A stretch of 64,000 nt of DNA from Auanema rhodensis (taxonomy: Eukaryota; Animalia; Nematoda), in the NCBI GenBank assembly GCA_964057225.1, contig OZ059896.1:23513665-23577664 (forward strand), written 5' to 3'. The notes beneath the pieces are model-generated. The model made no database searches and had not been told where the DNA came from. It was given only the letters and a program-made list of their open reading frames with translations. Positions within the stretch are counted from its first letter, which is position 1, and each line of letters begins with the position of its first letter. Both the position numbers and the translations under genes were made by a program. Below, piece after piece: positions 10,501-25,500 of this stretch.

Positions 10501-13500
10501 TGATGTGCACTTGGTATGTAACTCGCTTCACGTGAAAGATAAAGAGATGCGGTTTTCTAAATTAGATTCCCCATGTCCATATTAGTCTAAAAACAAATTT
10601 TTATTGATATTGGTGCATGGTAACCATGACTTGGAAATTAACGTGAACTTTAATTTATGCTAATTAAATGTACACGTGATGTACACTTGGTATGTAACTT
10701 GCTTCACGTGAAAGATAAAGAGATGCGGTTCTCAAAATTAGATTCCCCATGTCCATATTAGTCTAAAAACAAATTTTTATTGATATTGGTGCATGGTAAC
10801 CATGACTTTGAAATTTACGTGAACTTTAATTTATGCTAATTAAATGTACACGTGATGTGCACTTGGTAAGTAACTCGCTTCACGTGAAAGATAAAGAGAT
10901 GCGGTTTTCCAAATTAGATTCCCCATGTCCATATTAGTCTAAAAACAAATTTTTATTGATATTGGTGCATGGTAACCATGACTTGGAAATTAACGTGAAC
11001 ATTAATTTATGCTAATTAAATGTACACGTGATGTACACTTGGTATGTAACTTGCTTCACGTGAAAGATAAAGAGATGCGGTTTTCAAAATTAGATTCCCC
11101 ATGTCCATATTAGTCTAAAAACAAATTTTTATTGATATTGGTGCATGGTAACCATGACTTTGAAATTTACGTGAACTTTAATTTATGCTAATTAAATGTA
11201 CACGTGATGTGCACTTGGTAAGTAACTCGCTTCACGTGAAAGATAAAGAGATGCGGTTTTCAAAATTAGATTCCCCATTTCCATATTAGTCTAAAAACAA
11301 ATTTTTATTGATATTGGTTCATGGTAACCATGACTTTGAAATTTACGTGAACTTTAATTTATGCTAATTAAATGTACACGTGATGTGCACTTGGTATGTA
11401 ACTCGCTTCACGTGAAAGATAAAGAGATGCGGTTTTCAAAATTAGATTCCCCATGTCCATATTAGTCTAAAAACAAATTTTTATTGATATTGCTTCATGG
11501 TAACCATGACTTTGAAATTTACGTGAACTTTAATTTATGCTAATTAAATGTACACGTGATGTGCACTTGGTATGTAACTCGCTTCACGTGAAAGATAAAG
11601 AGATGCGGTTTTCAAAATTAGATATCCCATGTCCATATTAGTCTAAAAACAAATTTTTATTGATATTGGTTCATGGTAACCATGACTTTGAAATTTACGT
11701 GAACTTTAATTTATGCTAATTAAATGTACACGTGATGTGCACTTGGTATGTAACTCGCTTCACGTGAAAGATAAAGAGATGCGGTTTTCAAAATTAGATT
11801 CCCCATGTCCATATTAGTCTAAAAACAAATTTTTATTGATATTGGTTCATGGTAACCATGACTTTGAAATTTACGTGAACTTTAATTTATGCTAATTAAA
11901 TGTACACGTGATGTGCACTTGGTATGTAACTCGCTTCACGTGAAAGATAAAGAGATGCGGTTTTCAAAATTAGATTCCCCATGTCCATATTAGTCTAAAA
12001 ACAAATTTTTATTGATATTGGTGCATGGTAACCATGACTTTGAAATTTACGTGAACTTTAATTTATGCTAATTAAATGTACACGTGATGTGCACTTGGTA
12101 TGTAACTCGCTTCACGTGAAAGATAAAGAGATGCGGTTTTCAAAATTAGATTCCCCATGTCCATATTAGTCTAAAAACAAATTTTTATTGATATTGCTTC
12201 ATGGTAACCATGACTTTGAAATTTACGTGAACTTTAATTTATGCTAATTAAATGTACACGTGATGTGCACTCGGTATGTAACTCGCTTCACGTGAAAGAT
12301 AAAGAGATGCGGTTTTCAAAATTAGATTCCCCATGTCCATATTAGTCTAAAAACAAATTTTTATTGATATTGGTTCATGGTAACCATGACTTTGAAATTT
12401 ACGTGAACTTTAATTTATGCTAATTAAATGTACACGTGATGTGCACTTGGTATGTAACTCGTTTCACGTGAAAGATAAAGAGATGCGGTTTTCAAAATTA
12501 GATTCCCCATGTCCATATTAGTCTAAAAACAAATTTTTATTGATATTGGTTCATGGTAACCATGACTTTGAAATTTACGTGAACTTTAATTTATGCTAAT
12601 TAAATGTACACGTGATGTGCACTTGGTATGTAACTCGTTTCACGTGAAAGATAAAGAGATGCGGTTTTCAAAATTAGATTCCCCATGTCCATATTAGTCT
12701 AAAAACAAATTTTTATTGATATTGGTGCATGGTAACCTTGACTTTGAAATTAACGTGAACTTTAATTTATGCTAATTAAATGTACACGTGATGTACACTT
12801 GGTATGTAACTTGCTTCACGTGAAAGATAAAGAGATGCGGTTTTCAAAATTAGATTCCCCATGTCCATATTAGTCTAAAAACAAATTTTTATTGATATTG
12901 GTTCATGGTAACCATGACTTTGAAATTTACGTGAACTTTAATTTATGCTAATTAAATGTACACGTGATGTGCACTTGGTAAGTAACTCGCTTCACGTGAA
13001 AGATAAAGAGATGCGGTTTTCAAAATTAGATTCCCCATGTCCATATTAGTCTAAAAACAAATTTTTATTGATATTGGCGCATGGTAACCATGACTTTGAA
13101 TTTTACGTGAACTTTAATTTATGCTAATTAAATGTACACGTGATGTGCACTTGGTATGTAACTCGCTTCACGTGAAAGATAAAGAGATGCGGTTTTCAAA
13201 ATTAGATTCCCCATGTCCATATTAGTCTAAAAACAAATTTTTATTGATATTGGTGCATGGTAACCATGACTTTGAATTTTACGTGAACTTTAATTTATGC
13301 TAATTAAATGTACACGTGATGTGCACTTGGTATGTAACTCGCTTCGCGTGAAAGATAAAGAGATGCGGTTTTCAAAATTAGATTCCCCATGTCCATATTA
13401 GTCTAAAAACAAATTTTTATTGATATTGCTTCATGGTAACCATGACTTTGAAATTTACGTGAACTTTAATTTATGCTAATTAAATGTACACGTGATGTGC

Positions 13501-16500
13501 ACTTGGTATGTAACTCGCTTCACGTGAAAGATAAAGAGATGCGGTTTTCAAAATTAGATTCCCCATGTCCATATTAGTCTAAAAACAATTTTTTATTGAT
13601 ATTGGTGCATGGTAACCATGACTTTGAAATTTACGTGAACTTTAATTTATGCTAATTAAATGTACACGTGATGTGCACTTGGTATGTAACTCGTTTCACG
13701 TGAAAGATAAAGAGATGCGGTTTTCAAAATTAGATTCCCCATGTCCATATTAGTCTAAAAACAAATTTTTATTGATATTGGTGCATGGTAACCTTGACTT
13801 TGAAATTAACGTGAACTTTAATTTATGCTAATTAAATGTACACGTGATGTACACTTGGTATGTAACTTGCTTCACGTGAAAGATAAAGAGATGCGGTTTT
13901 CAAAATTAGATTCCCCATGTCCATATTAGTCTAAAAACAAATTTTTATTGATATTGGTTCATGGTAACCATGACTTTGAAATTTACGTGAACTTTAATTT
14001 ATGCTAATTAAATGTACACGTGATGTGCACTTGGTAAGTAACTCGCTTCACGTGAAAGATAAAGAGATGCGGTTTTCAAAATTAGATTCCCCATGTCCAT
14101 ATTAGTCTAAAAACAAATTTTTATTGATATTGGCGCATGGTAACCATGACTTTGAATTTTACGTGAACTTTAATTTATGCTAATTAAATGTACACGTGAT
14201 GTGCACTTGGTATGTAACTCGCTTCACGTGAAAGATAAAGAGATGCGGTTTTCAAAATTAGATTCCCCATGTCCATATTAGTCTAAAAACAAATTTTTAT
14301 TGATATTGGTGCATGGTAACCATGACTTTGAATTTTACGTGAACTTTAATTTATGCTAATTAAATGTACACGTGATGTGCACTTGGTATGTAACTCGCTT
14401 CGCGTGAAAGATAAAGAGATGCGGTTTTCAAAATTAGATTCCCCATGTCCATATTAGTCTAAAAACAAATTTTTATTGATATTGCTTCATGGTAACCATG
14501 ACTTTGAAATTTACGTGAACTTTAATTTATGCTAATTAAATGTACACGTGATGTGCACTTGGTATGTAACTCGCTTCACGTGAAAGATAAAGAGATGCGG
14601 TTTTCAAAATTAGATTCCCCATGTCCATATTAGTCTAAAAACAATTTTTTATTGATATTGGTGCATGGTAACCATGACTTTGAAATTTACGTGAACTTTA
14701 ATTTATGCTAATTAAATGTACACGTGATGTGCACTTGGTATGTAACTCGCTTCACGTGAAAGATAAAGAGATGCGGTTTTCAAAATTAGATTCCCCATGT
14801 CCATATTAGTCTAAAAACAAATTTTTATTGATATTGGTGCATGGTAACCATGACTTTGAAATTTACGTGAACTTTAATTTATGCTAATTAAATGTACACT
14901 TGATGTACACTTGGTATGTAACTCGCTTCACGTGAAAGATAAAGAGATGCGGTTTTCAAAATTAGATTCCCCATGTCCATATTAGTCTAAAAACAAATTT
15001 TTATTGATATTGGCGCATGGTAACCATGACTTTGAATTTTACGTGAACTTTAATTTATGCTAATTAAATGTACACGTGATGTGCACTTGGTATGTAACTC
15101 GCTTCACGTGAAAGATAAAGAGATGCGGTTTTCAAAATTAGATTCCCCATGTCCATATTAGTCTAAAAACAATTTTTTATTGATATTGGTGCATGGTAAC
15201 CATGACTTTGAATTTTACGTGAACTTTAATTTATGCTAATTAAATGTACACGTGATGTGCACTTGGTATGTAACTCGCTTCACGTGAAAGATAAAGAGAT
15301 GCGGTTTTCAAAATTAGATTCCCCATGTCCATATTAGTCTAAAAACAAATTTTTATTGATATTGGTGCATGGTAACCATGACTTTGAATTTTACGTGAAC
15401 TTTAATTTATGCTAATTAAATGTACACGTGATGTGCACTTGGTATGTAACTCGCTTCGCGTGAAAGATAAAGAGATGCGGTTTTCAAAATTAGATTCCCC
15501 ATGTCCATATTAGTCTAAAAACAAATTTTTATTGATATTGCTTCATGGTAACCATGACTTTGAAATTTACGTGAACTTTAATTTATGCTAATTAAATGTA
15601 CACGTGATGTGCACTTGGTATGTAACTCGCTTCACGTGAAAGATAAAGAGATGCGGTTTTCAAAATTAGATTCCCCATGTCCATATTAGTCTAAAAACAA
15701 TTTTTTATTGATATTGGTGCATGGTAACCATGACTTTGAAATTTACGTGAACTTTAATTTATGCTAATTAAATGTACACGTGATGTGCACTTGGTATGTA
15801 ACTCGCTTCACGTGAAAGATAAAGAGATGCGGTTTTCAAAATTAGATTCCCCATGTCCATATTAGTCTAAAAACAAATTTTTATTGATATTGGTGCATGG
15901 TAACCATGACTTTGAAATTTACGTGAACTTTAATTTATGCTAATTAAATGTACACTTGATGTACACTTGGTATGTAACTCGCTTCACGTGAAAGATAAAG
16001 AGATGCGGTTTTCAAAATTAGATTCCCCATGTCCATATTAGTCTAAAAACAAATTTTTATTGATATTGGTGCATGGTAACCTTGACTTTGAAATTTACGT
16101 GAACTTTAATTTATGCTAATTAAATGTACACGTGATGTGCACTTGGTATGTAACTCGCTTCACGTGAAAGATAAAGAGATGCGGTTTTCAAAATTAGATT
16201 CCCCATGTCCATATTAGTCTAAAAACAAATTTTTATTGATATTGGTTCATGGTAACCATGACTTTGAAATATACGTGAACTTTAATTTATGCTAATTAAA
16301 TGTACACGTGATGTGCACTTGGTATGGAACTCGCTTCACGTGAAAGATAAAGAGATGCGGTTTTCACAATTAGATTCCCCATGTCCATATTAGTCTAAAA
16401 ACAAATTTGTATTGATATTGGTTCATGGTAACCATGACTTTGAAATTTACGTGAACTTTAATTTATGCTAATTAAATGTACACGTGATGTGCACTTGGTA

Positions 16501-19500
16501 TGTAACTCGCTTCACGTGAAAGATAAAGAGATGCGGTTTTCAAAATTAGATTCCCCATGTCCATATTAGTCTAAAAACAAATTTTTATTGATATTGCTTC
16601 ATGGTAACCATGACTTTGAAATTTACGTGAACTTTAATTTATGCTAATTAAATGTACACGTGATGTGCACTTGGTATGTAACTCGCTTCACGTGAAAGAT
16701 AAAGAGATGCGGTTTTCAAAATTAGATTCCCCATGTCCATATTAGTCTAAAAACAAATTTTTATTGATATTGGTGCATGGTAACCATGACTTTGAAATTT
16801 ACGTGAACTTTAATTTATGCTAATTAAATGTACACTTGTTGTACACTTGGTATGTAACTCGCTTCACGTGAAAGATAAAGAGATGCGGTTTTCAAAATTA
16901 GATTCCCCATGTCCATATTAGTCTAAAAACAAATTTTTATTGATATTGGTGCATGGTAACCTTGACTTTAAATTTACGTGAACTTTAATTTATGCTAATT
17001 AAATGTACACGTGATGTGCACTTGGTATGTAACTCGCTTCACGTGAAAGATAAAGAGATGCGGTTTTTAAAATTAGATTCCCCATGTCCATATTAGTCTA
17101 AAAACAAATTTTTATTGATATTGGTGCATGGTAACCATGACTTTGAAATTTACGTGAACTTTAATTTATGCTAATTAAATGTACACTTGATGTACACTTG
17201 GTATGTAACTCGCTTCACGTGAAAGATAAAGAGATGCGGTTTTCAAAATTAGATTCCCCATGTCCATATTAGTCTAAAAACAAATTTTTATTGATATTGG
17301 TGCATGGTAACCTTGACTTTGAAATTTACGTGAACTTTAATTTATGCTAATTAAATGTACACGTGATGTGCACTTGGTATGTAACTCGCTTCACGTGAAA
17401 GATAAAGAGATGCGGTTTTCAAAATTAGATTCCCCATGTCCATATTAGTCTAAAAACAAATTTTTATTGATATTGGTGCATGGTAACCATGACTTTGAAT
17501 TTTACGTGAACTTTAATTTATGCTAATTAAATGTACACGTGATGTGCACTTGGTATGGAACTCGCTTCACGTGAAAGATAAAGAGATGCGGTTTTCAAAA
17601 TTAGATTCCCCATGTCCATATTAGTCTAAAAACAAATTTTTATTGATATTGGTTCATGGTAACCATGACTTTGAAATTTACGTGAACTTTAATTTATGCT
17701 AATTAAATGTACACGTGATGTGCACTTGGTATGTAACTCGCTTCACGTGAAAGATAAAGAGATGCGGTTTTCAAAATTAGATTCCCCATGTCCATATTAG
17801 TCTAAAAACAAATTTTTATTGATATTGCTTCATGGTAACCATGACTTTGAAATTTACGTGAACTTTAATTTATGCTAATTAAATGTACACGTGATGTGAA
17901 CTTGGTATGTAACTCGCTTCACGTGAAAGATAAAGAGATGCGGTTTTCAAAATTAGATTCCCCATGTCCATATTAGTCTAAAAACAAATTTTTATTGATA
18001 TTGGTGCATGGTAACCATGACTTTGAAATTTACGTGAACTTTAATTTATGCTAATTAAATGTACACGTGATGTGCACTTGGTATGTAACTCGCTTCACGT
18101 GAAAGATAAAGAGATGCGGTTTTCAAAATTAGATTCCCCATGTCCATATTAGTCTAAAAACAAATTTTTATTGATATTGGTGCATGGTAACCTTGACTTT
18201 GAAATTTACGTGAACTTTAATTTATGCTAATTAAATGTACACGTGATGTACACTTGGTATGTAACTTGCTTCACGTGAAAGATAAAGAAATGCGGTTTTC
18301 AAAATTAGATTCCCCATGTCCATATTAGTCTGAAAACAAATTTTTATTGATATTGGTGCATGGTAACCATGACTTTGAAATTAACGTGAACTTTAATTTA
18401 TGCTAATTAAATGTACACGTGATGTACACTTGGTATGTAACTTGCTTCACGTGAAAGATAAAGAGATGCGGTTTTCAAAATTAGATTCCCCATGTCCATA
18501 TTAGTCTAAAAACAAATTTTTATTGATATTGCTTCATGGTAACCATGACTTTGAAATTTACGTGAACTTTAATTTATGCTAATTAAATGTACACGTGATG
18601 TGAACTTGGTATGTAACTCGCTTCACGTGAAAGATAAAGAGATGCGGTTTTCAAAATTAGATTCCCCATGTCCATATTAGTCTAAAAACAAATTTTTATT
18701 GATATTGGTGCATGGTAACCATGACTTTGAAATTTACGTGAACTTTAATTTATGCTAATTAAATGTACACGTGATGTGCACTTGGTATGTAACTCGCTTC
18801 ACGTGAAAGATAAAGAGATGCGGTTTTCAAAATTAGATTCCCCATGTCCATATTAGTCTAAAAACAAATTTTTATTGATATTGGTGCATGGTAACCTTGA
18901 CTTTGAAATTTACGTGAACTTTAATTTATGCTAATTAAATGTACACGTGATGTACACTTGGTATGTAACTTGCTTCACGTGAAAGATAAAGAAATGCGGT
19001 TTTCAAAATTAGATTCCCCATGTCCATATTAGTCTAAAAACAAATTTTTATTGATATTGGTGCATGGTAACCATGACTTTGAAATTAACGTGAACTTTAA
19101 TTTATGCTAATTAAATGTACACGTGATGTACACTTGGTATGTAACTTGCTTCACGTGAAAGATAAAGAGATGCGGTTTTCAAAATTAGATTCCCCATGTC
19201 CATATTAGTCTAAAAACAAATTTTTATTGATATTGGTGCATGGTAACCATGACTTTGAATTTTACGTGAACTTTAATTTATGCTAATTAAATGTACACGT
19301 GATGTGCACTTGGTATGTAACTCGCTTCACGTGAAAGATAAAGAGATGCGGTTTTCAAAATTAGATTACCCATGTCCATATTAGTCTAAAAACAAATTTT
19401 TATTGTTATTGGTGCATGGTAACCATGACTTTGAATTTTACGTGAACTTTAATTTATGCTAATTAAATGTACACGTGATGTGCACTTGGTATGTAACTCG

Positions 19501-22500
19501 CTTCACGTGAAAGATAAAGAGATGCGGTTTTCAAAATTAGATTACCCATGTCCATATTAGTCTAAAAACAAATTTTTATTGATATTGGTGCATGGTAACC
19601 ATGACTTTGAATTTTACGTGAACTTTAATTTATGCTAATTAAATGTACACGTGATGTGCACTTGGTATGTAACTCGCTTCACGTGAAAGATAAAGAGATG
19701 CGGTTTTCAAAATTAGATTACCCATGTCCATATTAGTCTAAAAACAAATTTTTATTGTTATTGGTGCATGGTAACCATGACTTTGAATTTTACGTGAACT
19801 TTAATTTATGCTAATTAAATGTACACGTGATGTGCACTTGGTATGTAACTCGCTTCACGTGAAAGATAAAGAGATGCGGTTTTCAAAATTAGATTCCCCA
19901 TGTCCATATTAGTCTAAAAACAAATTTTTATTGATATTGCTTCATGGTAACCATGACTTTGAAATTTACGTGAACTTTAATTTATGCTAATTAAATGTAC
20001 ACGTGATGTGCACTTGGTATGTAACTCGCTTCACGTGAAAGATAAAGAGATGCGGTTTTCAAAATTAGATTCCCCATGTCCATATTAGTCTAAAAACAAA
20101 TTTTTATTGATATTGGTGCATGGTAACCATGACTTTGAAATTTACGTGAACTTTAATTTATGCTAATTAAATGTACATTTGATGTACACTTGGTATGTAA
20201 CTCGCTTCACGTGAAAGATAAAGAGATGCGGTTTTCCAAATTAGATTCCCCATGTCCATATTAGTCTAAAAACAAATTTTTATTGATATTGGTGCATGGT
20301 AACCATGACTTGGAAATTAACGTGAACTTTAATTTATGCTAATTAAATGTACACGTGATGTACACTTGGTATGTAACTTGCTTCACGTGAAAGATAAAGA
20401 AATGCGGTTTTCAAAATTAGATTCCCCATGTCCATATTAGTCTAAAAACAAATTTTTATTGATATTGGTGCATGGTAACCATGACTTTGAAATTAACGTG
20501 AACTTTAATTTATGCTAATTAAATGTACACGTGATGTACACTTGGTATGTAACTTGCTTCACGTGAAAGATAAAAAGATGCGGTTTTCAAAATTAGATTC
20601 CCCATGTCCATATTAGTTTAAAAACAAATTTTTATTGATATTGGTGCATGGTAACCATGACTTTGAATTTTACGTGAACTTTAATTTATGCTAATTAAAT
20701 GTACACGTGATGTGCACTTGGTATGTAACTCGCTTCACGTGAAAGATAAAGAGATGCGGTTTTCAAAATTAGATTACCCATGTCCATATTAGTCTAAAAA
20801 CAAATTTTTATTGTTATTGGTGCATGGTAACCATGACTTTGAATTTTACGTGAACTTTAATTTATGCTAATTAAATGTACACGTGATGTGCACTTGGTAT
20901 GTAACTCGCTTCACGTGAAAGATAAAGAGATGCGGTTTTCAAAATTAGATTACCCATGTCCATATTAGTCTAAAAACAAATTTTTATTGATATTGGTGCA
21001 TGGTAACCATGACTTTGAATTTTACGTGAACTTTAATTTATGCTAATTAAATGTACACGTGATGTGCACTTGGTATGTAACTCGCTTCACGTGAAAGATA
21101 AAGAGATGCGGTTTTCAAAATTAGATTACCCATGTCCATATTAGTCTAAAAACAAATTTTTATTGTTATTGGTGCATGGTAACCATGACTTTGAATTTTA
21201 CGTGAACTTTAATTTATGCTAATTAAATGTACACGTGATGTGCACTTGGTATGTAACTCGCTTCACGTGAAAGATAAAGAGATGCGGTTTTCAAAATTAG
21301 ATTCCCCATGTCCATATTAGTCTAAAAACAAATTTTTATTGATATTGCTTCATGGTAACCATGACTTTGAAATTTACGTGAACTTTAATTTATGCTAATT
21401 AAATGTACACGTGATGTGCACTTGGTATGTAACTCGCTTCACGTGAAAGATAAAGAGATGCGGTTTTCAAAATTAGATTCCCCATGTCCATATTAGTCTA
21501 AAAACAAATTTTTATTGATATTGGTGCATGGTAACCATGACTTTGAAATTTACGTGAACTTTAATTTATGCTAATTAAATGTACACTTGATGTACACTTG
21601 GTATGTAACTCGCTTCACGTGAAAGATAAAGAGATGCGGTTTTCAAAATTAGATTCCCCATGTCCATATTAGTCTAAAAACAAATTTTTATTGATATTGG
21701 TGCATGGTAACCTTGACTTTGAAATTTACGTGAACTTTAATTTATGCTAATTAAATGTACACGTGATGTGCACTTGGTATGTAACTCGCTTCACGTGAAA
21801 GATAAAGAGATGCGGTTTTCCAAATTAGATTCCCCATGTCCATATTAGTCTAAAAACAAATTTTTATTGATATTGGTGCATGGTAACCATGACTTGGAAA
21901 TTAACGTGAACTTTAATTTATGCTAATTAAATGTACACGTGATGTACACTTGGTATGTAACTTGCTTCACGTGAAAGATAAAGAGATGCGGTTTTCAAAA
22001 TTAGATTCCCCATGTCCATATTAGTCTAAAAACAAATTTTTATTGATATTGGTGCATGGTAACCATGACTTTGAAATTTACGTGAACTTTAATTTATGCT
22101 AATTAAATGTACACGTGATGTGCACTTGGTAAGTAACTCGCTTCACGTGAAAGATAAAGAGATGCGGTTTTCAAAATTAGATTCCCCATTTCCATATTAG
22201 TCTAAAAACAAATTTTTATTGATATTGGTTCATGGTAACCATGACTTTGAAATTTACGTGAACTTTAATTTATGCTAATTAAATGTACACGTGATGTGCA
22301 CTTGGTATGTAACTCGCTTCACGTGAAAGATAAAGAGATGCGGTTTTCAAAATTAGATTCCCCATGTCCATATTAGTCTAAAAACAAATTTTTATTGATA
22401 TTGCTTCATGGTAACCATGACTTTGAAATTTACGTGAACTTTAATTTATGCTAATTAAATGTACACGTGATGTGCACTTGGTATGTAACTCGCTTCACGT

Positions 22501-25500
22501 GAAAGATAAAGAGATGCGGTTTTCAAAATTAGATTCCCCATGTCCATATTAGTCTAAAAACAAATTTTTATTGATATTGGTTCATGGTAACCATGACTTT
22601 GAAATTTACGTGAACTTTAATTTATGCTAATTAAATGTACACGTGATGTGCACTTGGTATGTAACTCGCTTCACGTGAAAGATAAAGAGATGCGGTTTTC
22701 AAAATTAGATTCCCCATGTCCATATTAGTCTAAAAACAAATTTTTATTGATATTGGTTCATGGTAACCATGACTTTGAAATTTACGTGAACTTTAATTTA
22801 TGCTAATTAAATGTACACGTGATGTGCACTTGGTATGTAACTCGCTTCACGTGAAAGATAAAGAGATGCGGTTTTCAAAATTAGATTCCCCATGTCCATA
22901 TTAGTCTAAAAACAAATTTTTATTGATATTGGTGCATGGTAACCATGACTTTGAAATTTACGTGAACTTTAATTTATGCTAATTAAATGTACACGTGATG
23001 TGCACTTGGTATGTAACTCGCTTCACGTGAAAGATAAAGAGATGCGGTTTTCAAAATTAGATTCCCCATGTCCATATTAGTCTAAAAACAAATTTTTATT
23101 GATATTGCTTCATGGTAACCATGACTTTGAAATTTACGTGAACTTTAATTTATGCTAATTAAATGTACACGTGATGTGCACTCGGTATGTAACTCGCTTC
23201 ACGTGAAAGATAAAGAGATGCGGTTTTCAAAATTAGATTCCCCATGTCCATATTAGTCTAAAAACAAATTTTTATTGATATTGGTTCATGGTAACCATGA
23301 CTTTGAAATTTACGTGAACTTTAATTTATGCTAATTAAATGTACACGTGATGTGCACTTGGTATGTAACTCGCTTCACGTGAAAGATAAAGAGATGCGGT
23401 TTTCAAAATTAGATTCCCCATGTCCATATTAGTCTAAAAACAATTTTTTATTGATATTGGTGCATGGTAACCATGACTTTGAAATTTACGTGAACTTTAA
23501 TTTATGCTAATTAAATGTACACGTGATGTGCACTTGGTATGTAACTCGCTTCACGTGAAAGATAAAGAGATGCGGTTTTCAAAATTAGATTCCCCATGTC
23601 CATATTAGTCTAAAAACAAATTTTTATTGATATTGGTGCATGGTAACCTTGACTTTGAAATTTACGTGAACTTTAATTTATGCTAATTAAATGTACACGT
23701 GATGTGCACTTGGTATGTAACTCGCTTCACGTGAAAGATAAAGAGATGCGGTTTTCAAAATTAGATTCCCCATGTCCATATTAGTCTAAAAACAAATTTT
23801 TATTGATATTGGTGCATGGTAACCTTGACTTTGAAATTAACGTGAACTTTAATTTATGCTAATTAAATGTACACGTGATGTACACTTGGTATGTAACTTG
23901 CTTCACGTGAAAGATAAAGAGATGCGGTTTTCAAAATTAGATTCCCCATGTCCATATTAGTCTAAAAACAAATTTTTATTGATATTGGTTCATGGTAACC
24001 ATGACTTTGAAATTTACGTGAACTTTAATTTATGCTAATTAAATGTACACGTGATGTGCACTTGGTAAGTAACTCGCTTCACGTGAAAGATAAAGAGATG
24101 CGGTTTTCAAAATTAGATTCCCCATGTCCATATTAGTCTAAAAACAAATTTTTATTGATATTGCTTCATGGTAACCATGACTTTAAAATTTACGTGAACT
24201 TTAATTTATGCTAATTAAATGTACACGTGATGTGCACTCGGTATGTAACTCGCTTCACGTGAAAGATAAAGAGATGCGGTTTTCAAAATTAGATTCCCCA
24301 TGTCCATATTAGTCTAAAAACAAATTTTTATTGATATTGGTTCATGGTAACCATGACTTTGAAATTTACGTGAACTTTAATTTATGCTAATTAAATGTAC
24401 ACGTGATGTGCACTTGGTATGTAACTCGCTTCACGTGAAAGATAAAGAGATGCGGTTTTCAAAATTAGATTCCCCATGTCCATATTAGTCTAAAAACAAT
24501 TTTTTATTGATATTGGTGCATGGTAACCTTGACTTTGAAATTTACGTGAACTTTAATTTATGCTAATTAAATGTACACGTGATGTGCACTTGGTATGTAA
24601 CTCGCTTCACATGAAAGATAAAGAGATGCGGTTTTCAAAATTAGATTCCCCATGTCCATATTAGTCTAAAAACAAATTTTTATTGATATTGGTGCATGGT
24701 AACCTTGACTTTGAAATTTACGTGAACTTTAATTTATGCTAATTAAATGTACACGTGATGTGCACTTGGTATGTAACTCGCTTCACGTGAAAGATAAAGA
24801 GATGCGGTTTTCAAAATTAGATTCCCCATGTCCATATTAGTCTAAAAACAAATTTTTATTGATATTGGTGCATGGTAACCTTGACTTTGAAATTAACGTG
24901 AACTTTAATTTATGCTAATTAAATGTACACGTGATGTACACTTGGTATGTAACTTGCTTCACGTGAAAGATAAAGAGATGCGGTTTTCAAAATTAGATTT
25001 CCCATGTCCATATTAGTCTAAAAACAAATTTTTATTGATATTGGTTCATGGTAACCATGACTTTGAAATTTACGTGAACTTTAATTTATGCTAATTAAAT
25101 GTACACGTGATGTGCACTTGGTAAGTAACTCGCTTCACGTGAAAGATAAAGAGATGCGGTTTTCAAAATTAGATTCCCCATGTCCATATTAGTCTAAAAA
25201 CAAATTTTTATTGATATTGCTTCATGGTAACCATGACTTTGAAATTTACGTGAACTTTAATTTATGCTAATTAAATGTACACGTGATGTGCACTCGGTAT
25301 GTAACTCGCTTCACGTGAAAGATAAAGAGATGCGGTTTTCAAAATTAGATTCCCCATGTCCATATTAGTCTAAAAACAAATTTTTATTGATATTGGTTCA
25401 TGGTAACCATGACTTTGAAATTTACGTGAACTTTAATTTATGCTAATTAAATGTACACGTGATGTGCACTTGGTATGTAACTCGCTTCACGTGAAAGATA